Shown piece by piece: positions 58,354-64,000 of a DNA stretch of 64,000 nucleotides. The notes under the pieces are model-generated. The model saw nothing but the letters and a program-made list of their open reading frames with translations. It had not been told where the DNA came from and searched no databases. Each line of letters starts with the position of its first letter. Position 1 is the first letter of the stretch. The stretch comes from an uncultured beta proteobacterium (lineage in GTDB: Bacteria > Pseudomonadota > Gammaproteobacteria > Burkholderiales > Casimicrobiaceae). The position numbers and the translations under genes were made by a program. Location: contig CAVQWT010000006.1 in the NCBI GenBank assembly GCA_963717705.1, positions 153,465 through 217,464 of the forward strand, written 5' to 3'.

Positions 58354-58367
58354 TTGATTTGTGTCAA
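58354..58367. promoter_or_regulatory. FNR-like box TTGATttgtGTCAA
   Basis: One mismatch to the consensus. Lies between the divergent ccoI (start 58268) and usp (start 58429). Confidence 0.6.
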
Positions 58368-58428
58368 CGGGCGTGCCACTGTTGGCCGTACCATCGAAGA
58401 TGCCGCCAGACGCGGCCAAGGAGACACC

Positions 58429-58872
58429 ATGTACAAGAACCTGCTCGTCTGCACCGACGGCTCGAAGCTGTCCGACAAGGCGGTCGCGCATGCGATCGGG
58501 CTGGCGCAGGCGGTCGGCGCCGGCATCACCGCCTTCTACGCGGCACCCGATTATCCGCTGCCGGCGTATGCCGACGGCGTCGTCTACGAACCGGTCTCGC
58601 GCAAGGAATACGCGAAGCTCGCCAGCGCGGACGCCGAGAAGGTTCTCGGCGCCGTGACCGCCAAGGCCGAAGCGGCCGGCATCGCCTGCAAGACCACCTA
58701 CGCGATCGCCGCGGCGCCGTGGGAGGCGATCCTCAACGCCGCCAAGAAGCAGAAGTGCGACGCCATCGTCATGGCCTCGCACGGCCGTCGCGGTGTGTCC
58801 GCGCTGCTGCTCGGGAGCGAGACGCAGAAGGTGCTGACGCACAGCAAGCTGCCGGTGATCGTCGTCAGGTAG
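58429..58872 (+). CDS. universal stress protein (UspA family)
   Basis: ATG at 58429 after AAGGAG, 147 aa. MYKNLLVCTDGS...IVMASHGRRGVSALLLGSETQKVLTHSKLPVIVV. Confidence 0.88.
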   Translation: MYKNLLVCTDGSKLSDKAVAHAIGLAQAVGAGITAFYAAPDYPLPAYADGVVYEPVSRKEYAKLASADAEKVLGAVTAKAEAAGIACKTTYAIAAAPWEAILNAAKKQKCDAIVMASHGRRGVSALLLGSETQKVLTHSKLPVIVVR

Positions 58873-58952
58873 CCGCCGCGACCGGCGCGCGGGATCGCGG
58901 CGCCGGGTAACGCGAAATCCGCTCCGCGCCAGGGGCGGATTCGCGCTACAAT

Positions 58953-58977
58953 TGCTGTTTTTCGAGCAAAAACAGCA
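58953..58977 (+). promoter_or_regulatory. AT-rich perfect palindrome / hairpin abutting the proS start codon
   Basis: TGCTGTTTTT-cgagc-AAAAACAGCA (10-bp stem) ends 2 nt before the proS ATG. A TACAAT lies at 58946..58951. Confidence 0.5.
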
Positions 58978-58979
58978 TC

Positions 58980-60695
58980 ATGCGCGTTTCCCGGTTTTAC
59001 CTGTCCACGCTGAAGGAAGCTCCCGCCGAAGCCGAGGTCGTCAGCCAGAAGCTGATGCTGCGGGCGGGGCTGATCAAGAAGGTCTCGTCGGGCATCTACT
59101 CGTGGATGCCGCTGGGCCTCGTCACGCTGCGGCGGGTGGAGCAGATCGTGCGCGAGGAGATGAACCGCGCCGGCGCGCTCGAGTGCTATCTGCCGCACGT
59201 GATTCCGTCCGAACTGTGGCAGGAGACCGGGCGCTGGGACCAGTTCGGTCCGCAGCTCCTCAAGATCCGCGACCGCCAGGAACGCGACTTCCTGTTCGGG
59301 CCGACGCACGAGGAGCCGATGACCGACATCGTGCGCAAGGACATCCGCAGCTACCGCCAGCTGCCGGTCAACCTCTACCAGATCCAGGTCAAGTTCCGCG
59401 ACGAGATCCGCCCGCGCTTCGGCGTGATGCGCGGGCGCGAGTTCCTGATGAAGGACGCGTACTCGTTCGACGTCGACCGCGACGCGCTGATGCGCTCGTA
59501 CCGCGCGATGTACGACGCCTACACCCGGATCTTCACGCGGCTCGGGCTGAAGTTCCGCGCCGTCGACGCGGACACCGGAGCGATCGGCGGCTTCGCCTCG
59601 CACGAGTTCCAGGTGCTCGCCGAATCGGGCGAGGACGCGATCGCCTGGTGCCCGGCGTCCGACTACGCGGCAAACATCGAGCAGGCCGAGGCGCTCGCTC
59701 CCGCCGGCGCGCGGGCGGCGCCGGCCGAGGCGATGCGCAAAGTGCCGACACCGAACCAGTCGACGTGCGAGGAAGTCACCGCGCTGCTCGGCCTGCCGCT
59801 GGCGCGCAGCGTCAAGTGCCTGATGATCGTCGCGCAGGACAAGGTGCAGATGCTGCTGGTACGCGGCGACCACATGGGCAACGAGGTCAAGATCGGCAAG
59901 CTGCCCGGCCTTGCCGGCTGGCGCTGGGCGAACGACGCCGAGATCGTCGCCGCGACCGGCTGCCGGCCGGGGTACCTGGGACCCGTCGGCCTCGCCGCGG
60001 GCGTGCCGCTGATCGTCGACCGCACCGTCGCCGCGATGAGCGACTTCGTCTGCGGCGCCAACGAGGCGGACTTCCACCTCGCCGGCGTGAACTTCGGGCG
60101 CGACTGCCGGGAGCCCGACGTCGTCGCCGACCTGCGCAACGTCGTCGCCGGCGACCCGTCGCCCGACGGCAAGGGCGCGCTGGAGATCGTCCGCGGGATC
60201 GAGGTCGGGCATGTCTTCGCGCTGGGCACCAAGTATTCCGAGGCGATGGGTGCAACTTATCTCGACGCGCAGGGTCAATCCCACCTGATCGAGATGGGCT
60301 GCTACGGCATCGGCGTCACCCGCGTCGTCGCCGCGGCGATCGAGCAGAACCACGACGACCGCGGCATCGTCTGGCCGGACGCGATGGCGCCGTTCGCCGT
60401 CGCCATCGCGCCGATCGGCTACGACCGCAGCGAAGCGGTGCGCGCGCTCGCCGACCGCCTGCACGACGAGCTCGCCGAGCAGGGCATCGAGGTGCTGCTC
60501 GACGACCGCGGCGAGCGTCCTGGCGTGATGTTTGCTGATCTCGAGCTGATCGGGATTCCGCACCGCGTCACGATCGGCGACCGCGGGCTGAAGGACGGCA
60601 AGGTCGAGTACCAGCACCGGCGCGACACGGCGGCGACGACCGTGGCGGCCGACGCGATCGGGGCGTTCCTGCGCGAGCGGCTCGGCCGCGGATAG
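58980..60695 (+). CDS. proS: proline--tRNA ligase
   Basis: 571 aa. [32 protein letters not shown], class II motifs and an INS editing domain. Confidence 0.97.
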   Translation: MRVSRFYLSTLKEAPAEAEVVSQKLMLRAGLIKKVSSGIYSWMPLGLVTLRRVEQIVREEMNRAGALECYLPHVIPSELWQETGRWDQFGPQLLKIRDRQERDFLFGPTHEEPMTDIVRKDIRSYRQLPVNLYQIQVKFRDEIRPRFGVMRGREFLMKDAYSFDVDRDALMRSYRAMYDAYTRIFTRLGLKFRAVDADTGAIGGFASHEFQVLAESGEDAIAWCPASDYAANIEQAEALAPAGARAAPAEAMRKVPTPNQSTCEEVTALLGLPLARSVKCLMIVAQDKVQMLLVRGDHMGNEVKIGKLPGLAGWRWANDAEIVAATGCRPGYLGPVGLAAGVPLIVDRTVAAMSDFVCGANEADFHLAGVNFGRDCREPDVVADLRNVVAGDPSPDGKGALEIVRGIEVGHVFALGTKYSEAMGATYLDAQGQSHLIEMGCYGIGVTRVVAAAIEQNHDDRGIVWPDAMAPFAVAIAPIGYDRSEAVRALADRLHDELAEQGIEVLLDDRGERPGVMFADLELIGIPHRVTIGDRGLKDGKVEYQHRRDTAATTVAADAIGAFLRERLGRG

Positions 60696-60776
60696 CTCGA
60701 CCGCCGGCGCACCGCCCGCGCGACCCCGATCCGGCAGCCACCGCACCCGACTGAACCCGGCACGAATGCAGAGACG

Positions 60777-61469
60777 ATGACCGCACCCGCCACGACGGCC
60801 CGAACCCCGCAGCACCGCATCCCGCGGATGCCGGCGCTCGTGCTGGCGCTGGCGCTCGGGTCGGCGCTCCTCGGCGCGGCACCTGCCGCGCACGCCGGGG
60901 CCCAGGCCGAGGAGCAGCTCGCGCCGTCCGTCGTCGCCGGCCTGTCGAAGGCGATCGCCGACCGGCCGGTGGCGGCCAGCAGCGCCAGCCAACCGGACGC
61001 GCGCGCCTGGCAGGACGACATGTCGCGCCGGCTCGCGCAGCGGATGCCGGACGCGCGCGAACGCGACGAGTTCCTCGCGACCGTCCGCTACGAGGCCATT
61101 CGCGCCGGCCTCGATCCGCAGCTCGTGCTTGCCGTGATCCACCACGAGAGCGGGTTCAAGAAATTCGCCGTGTCGGTCGCGGGTGCCCGCGGGTACATGC
61201 AGGTGATGCCGTTCTGGGTGACGCTGATCGGCTCCCCGGACCAGAACCTCTTCAACCTGAGGACCAACCTGCGCTATGGCTGCACGATTCTTCGCCACTA
61301 CCTCGACCGCGAAAGCGGCGACCTGTACCGTGCGCTCGGCCGCTACAACGGCAGCCTCGGCCAGCCGCAGTACCCGAGCGCCGTCGTCGCCGCGTGGCAC
61401 CGGCACTGGCACTACGACGCCCCGGTGACGCGGGTCGGCGCCGTTCCCTCCGCCACGCTGACGCGGTGA
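60777..61469 (+). CDS. lytic transglycosylase (SLT-domain) protein
   Basis: 230 aa. Signal peptide, then the catalytic region VIHHESGFKKFAVSVAGARGYMQV..NL.YG..IL..Y. An internal start (MPALVLAL) is possible. Confidence 0.85.
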   Translation: MTAPATTARTPQHRIPRMPALVLALALGSALLGAAPAAHAGAQAEEQLAPSVVAGLSKAIADRPVAASSASQPDARAWQDDMSRRLAQRMPDARERDEFLATVRYEAIRAGLDPQLVLAVIHHESGFKKFAVSVAGARGYMQVMPFWVTLIGSPDQNLFNLRTNLRYGCTILRHYLDRESGDLYRALGRYNGSLGQPQYPSAVVAAWHRHWHYDAPVTRVGAVPSATLTR

Positions 61470-62428
61470 CCGCGGCACCGTCCGCCCCGCCGGCCCGCTA
61501 CCGGGGCCGTTTCGCCCCCTCTCCGACCGGCCCGCTGCACTTCGGTTCGCTGATCGCCGCCGTCGCGAGTTGCGCCGACGCGCGCGCGGCCGGCGGCGAA
61601 TGGCTGCTGCGGATCGAGGACGTCGACGAGCCGCGCACCCGCGCCGGCGCCGAATCGGTCATCCTGGCGCAGCTCGAGCGCTATGGCTTCGCCTGGGACG
61701 GCCCGGTGCTGCGGCAGCGCGACCGCACCGCGCGGTACGCCGAGGCGCTGTCGCAGCTGCGCGACGGCGGCCACCTCTACGAGTGCGCGTGCACGCGGCG
61801 GGAGCAGGAGGACGCCCCGCCGGGCGCCGGCGGCGAGCGCGTGTATCAGGGGACGTGCCGCGACGGCATTCCCGCGGACCGCCGCGGACGCACGCAGCGC
61901 GCCTGGCGGGTCCGCGTTCCAGCCGGGGCGGCGATCGCCTTCGTCGATCGCCGGCAGGGCGCGGTCGAGCAGGATCTCGCGCGCGACGTCGGCGACTTCG
62001 TGCTGCGCCGGGCCGACGGCCTCTACGCCTACCAGCTCGCCGTGGTCGTCGACGACGCACTGTCCGGCGTCACCGCGGTCGTTCGCGGCGCCGACCTGCT
62101 GGCATCGACGCCGCGGCAGATCCTGCTGCAGCGGCTGCTGGGATACGCGACGCCGTCGTACTTCCACACGCCGGTCGCGCTCGGGCCGACGGGCGAGAAG
62201 CTGTCCAAGCAGACGCGGGCCGCGCCGCTGCCCGACGACCCGCTGCCCGCGCTGGTCGAGGCATGGCGCTTCCTCGACCAGCCCTGGCCCGGTGGGAGCG
62301 GCGCCCCCGACTCGGTCGAGGCGTTCTGGTCGCACGCGAGGTCCGCGTGGACGCCGGCGCGGGTGCCGCCGGTGCCGATGCTGCCCGCACCGGCCGCGTT
62401 CGCGGCGGGCACACGCGACCGGGTATAA
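61466..62428 (+). CDS. gluQ: tRNA glutamyl-Q(34) synthetase
   Basis: GTG at 61466 overlaps the upstream stop (GTGA), 320 aa. RGRFAPSPTGPLHFGS, a Zn-binding Cys pattern (CACTR...C) and a KLSKQ motif. The longer track ORF start at 61394 is less likely. Confidence 0.88.
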   Translation: MTAAPSAPPARYRGRFAPSPTGPLHFGSLIAAVASCADARAAGGEWLLRIEDVDEPRTRAGAESVILAQLERYGFAWDGPVLRQRDRTARYAEALSQLRDGGHLYECACTRREQEDAPPGAGGERVYQGTCRDGIPADRRGRTQRAWRVRVPAGAAIAFVDRRQGAVEQDLARDVGDFVLRRADGLYAYQLAVVVDDALSGVTAVVRGADLLASTPRQILLQRLLGYATPSYFHTPVALGPTGEKLSKQTRAAPLPDDPLPALVEAWRFLDQPWPGGSGAPDSVEAFWSHARSAWTPARVPPVPMLPAPAAFAAGTRDRV

Positions 62429-62429
62429 T
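62424..62429 (+). promoter_or_regulatory. candidate -10 element TATAAT overlapping the gluQ stop codon
   Basis: A perfect hexamer 115 nt upstream of the BPH-like gene. I see no convincing -35 element. Confidence 0.35.
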
Positions 62430-62543
62430 CGCGGGTTACTCTCCGCCTTGCCGCCGCAACGCGGCGCGCGGCTGCGCACCGCACGGGCAGCGCGCCGCCG
62501 CGCTGTCGCGACCCGCACGGCCCACCCCCGGGATGCCGCATCC

Positions 62544-63128
62544 ATGACCACGCTCGTAGCCGTTCGCAAGAACGACGAAATCGCCATCGCCGCCGACTCG
62601 CTGACGACGTTCGGCGACACGCGGCTCGCCGCGCAGCACGACCGCTCGTACGAAAAGATCGTCCGCTACCAGGACAACTACATCGGGCTGTGCGGAAGCG
62701 CGGCGCACCAGCTCGTGTTCGAGAGCCTGCTGGCGCGCCAGGGCGAGCTCGACTTCTCGAACAAGCTCGCCATCTTCGAGACGTTCCGCAAGCTGCACCC
62801 GATCCTCAAGGAGCAGCACTTCCTCAATCCGAAGGAGGAGGACGACGACCCGTACGAGTCGACGCAGATCACCGCGCTGGTCGCCAACCGCAACGGCATC
62901 TTCGGCGTCTACTCGATGCGCGAGGTGTTCGAGTACACGCAGTTCTGGGCGGTGGGCTCCGGCCGCGAATTCGCGCTCGGCGCGATGCACGCGCTGTATC
63001 CGCGCCTGAAGACGGCGTCGGCCGTGGCGAAAGCGGGCGTCGAGGCCGGCGCCACGTTCGACAAGAATTCCGCGCTGCCGATGTCGCTGTACACGCTTGC
63101 GCTCGGAGGCTCGGAGGCGCCGCGATGA
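62544..63128 (+). CDS. HslV-like Ntn-hydrolase / bacterial proteasome homologue (BPH-type)
   Basis: 194 aa. MTTLVAVRKNDEIAIAADSLTTFGDT resembles the HslV N-terminus, with Thr after Met, Asp17, a nearby Lys, and a GSG motif in AVGSGREFALGAM. No hslU-like ATPase is adjacent. Confidence 0.75.
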   Translation: MTTLVAVRKNDEIAIAADSLTTFGDTRLAAQHDRSYEKIVRYQDNYIGLCGSAAHQLVFESLLARQGELDFSNKLAIFETFRKLHPILKEQHFLNPKEEDDDPYESTQITALVANRNGIFGVYSMREVFEYTQFWAVGSGREFALGAMHALYPRLKTASAVAKAGVEAGATFDKNSALPMSLYTLALGGSEAPR

Positions 63129-64000
63129 GCGTACCCGCCGGGCGCGCGCCCGCGTCCGCGCCGGCGGCGACGCCGCTGCGCGACGCGCTGGCGCGCTTCG
63201 TCGTCGAGGGCGCCGCGGTCCGCGGCGCGGTCGTCAGCCTCGACGCCACCCTGCGCGACATCCTCGGCAACCATCCGTACCCGCCGGCGCCCGCGCGCAT
63301 GCTCGCCGAGTTCGCCGCCGCGGCGGCGCTGCTCGCGTCGACGCTCAAGTTCAAGGGCAGCCTCGTGGTCCAGCTGGCGAGCGAAGGCCCGGTACGGCTC
63401 GCCGTCGTCGAATGCGACGCCTCGCTGGACCTGCGCGGCACCGCGCAGTGGCGCGACGAAGCCGCCGCGCTGCCCGCCGACGCCCCGCTCGCCGTGCTGG
63501 CCGGGGACCTCGCGCGGGCGCGGCTGGTGATCACGCTCGACCCCAAGGACGGCGGGCCGATCTACCAGGGGGTCGTCGCGATCACCGGCGGCTCGATCGC
63601 CGAGCTGATCGAGCACTACCTGGCCACCTCCGAGCAGATCGACAGCCGCATGGCGCTGGTGCCCGGCGACGACGGCGTGCGCGGGCTGCTGGTCCAGCGG
63701 CTGCCCGGCGCCGGTCCTGACGACGACGACGCGTGGCGGCGGGTGGTTGCGGCGGTCGATGCGCTCGACCGGAAGCGCCTTGCGCACGCGGAAACCACCG
63801 CCGGGCTCGTCGCCGCCGCGCTGCCCGAAGAGGATGTCCGCCTGTTCGCCGCGCGGGCGGCACGCTTCGCCTGCCCCTGCTCCGAGGCGCGGGTCGAAGC
63901 TGCGCTGAGGCTCCTCGGCCGCGCCGAGATCGAGAGCCTGCTCGCCGAACGCGGCGACGTCGAGGTCAGCTGCGAATTCTGCAACCGCCGATACACGCTG
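63125..64000 (+). CDS. hslO: redox-regulated chaperone Hsp33 (3' end truncated by window edge)
   Basis: My translation from ATG 63125, which overlaps the BPH stop (ATGA): MSVPAGRAP...DALARFVVEGAAVRGAVVSLDATLRDIL..HPYP...LKFKGSLVVQL. It has the zinc centre CPCS...CEFCNRRY at the window end. It is not in the ORF track because no stop is reached. Confidence 0.9.
   Translation, partial: MSVPAGRAPASAPAATPLRDALARFVVEGAAVRGAVVSLDATLRDILGNHPYPPAPARMLAEFAAAAALLASTLKFKGSLVVQLASEGPVRLAVVECDASLDLRGTAQWRDEAAALPADAPLAVLAGDLARARLVITLDPKDGGPIYQGVVAITGGSIAELIEHYLATSEQIDSRMALVPGDDGVRGLLVQRLPGAGPDDDDAWRRVVAAVDALDRKRLAHAETTAGLVAAALPEEDVRLFAARAARFACPCSEARVEAALRLLGRAEIESLLAERGDVEVSCEFCNRRYTL

Overview
Very GC-rich chromosomal DNA. 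Gene content and order match what I expect from a betaproteobacterium of the order Burkholderiales: msrB/relA, glmM-folP-ftsH-rlmE divergent from yhbY, greA-carBA-dapB-bamE divergent from fur, murJ divergent from rpsT, argF/argG, leuA-pssA-psd-ilvCHI, an ECF sigma-DUF3619-DUF3106-RDD module, fnr with ccoNOQP/ccoGH/ccoIS, proS, gluQ and hslO. I call about 60 protein genes. I see no rRNA, tRNA, CRISPR array, transposase, integrase or phage genes, so this reads as core housekeeping DNA rather than an accessory or defence island. Many long ORFs in the six-frame track are antisense or off-frame artefacts of the GC bias and are rejected. Points worth a second look: (1) an HslV-like proteasome homologue without an ATPase partner (BPH-type), whose stop overlaps the start of hslO (Hsp33); (2) a perfect FNR box in front of a two-gene unit made of a DsbD_2/TauE-like membrane protein and a 388-aa protein I cannot place, plus three further FNR-like boxes tying the cbb3 oxidase genes, a usp gene and possibly an NMO gene into one anaerobic regulon; (3) an unrecognisable tail-anchored membrane protein inserted at the head of the rlmE-ftsH operon; (4) a small two-TM protein with a Cys-rich tail at the end of ccoGH; (5) a 32-codon ORF with six consecutive Leu codons upstream of leuA; (6) single-base frameshifts in murJ and ccoN; (7) lysine-rich tails on YhbY (with 27-bp tandem repeats) and on inorganic pyrophosphatase; (8) a rubrerythrin / HdrD-like Fe-S / DUF3501 module. 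All calls come from reading the translations and DNA by eye. No database search was run.
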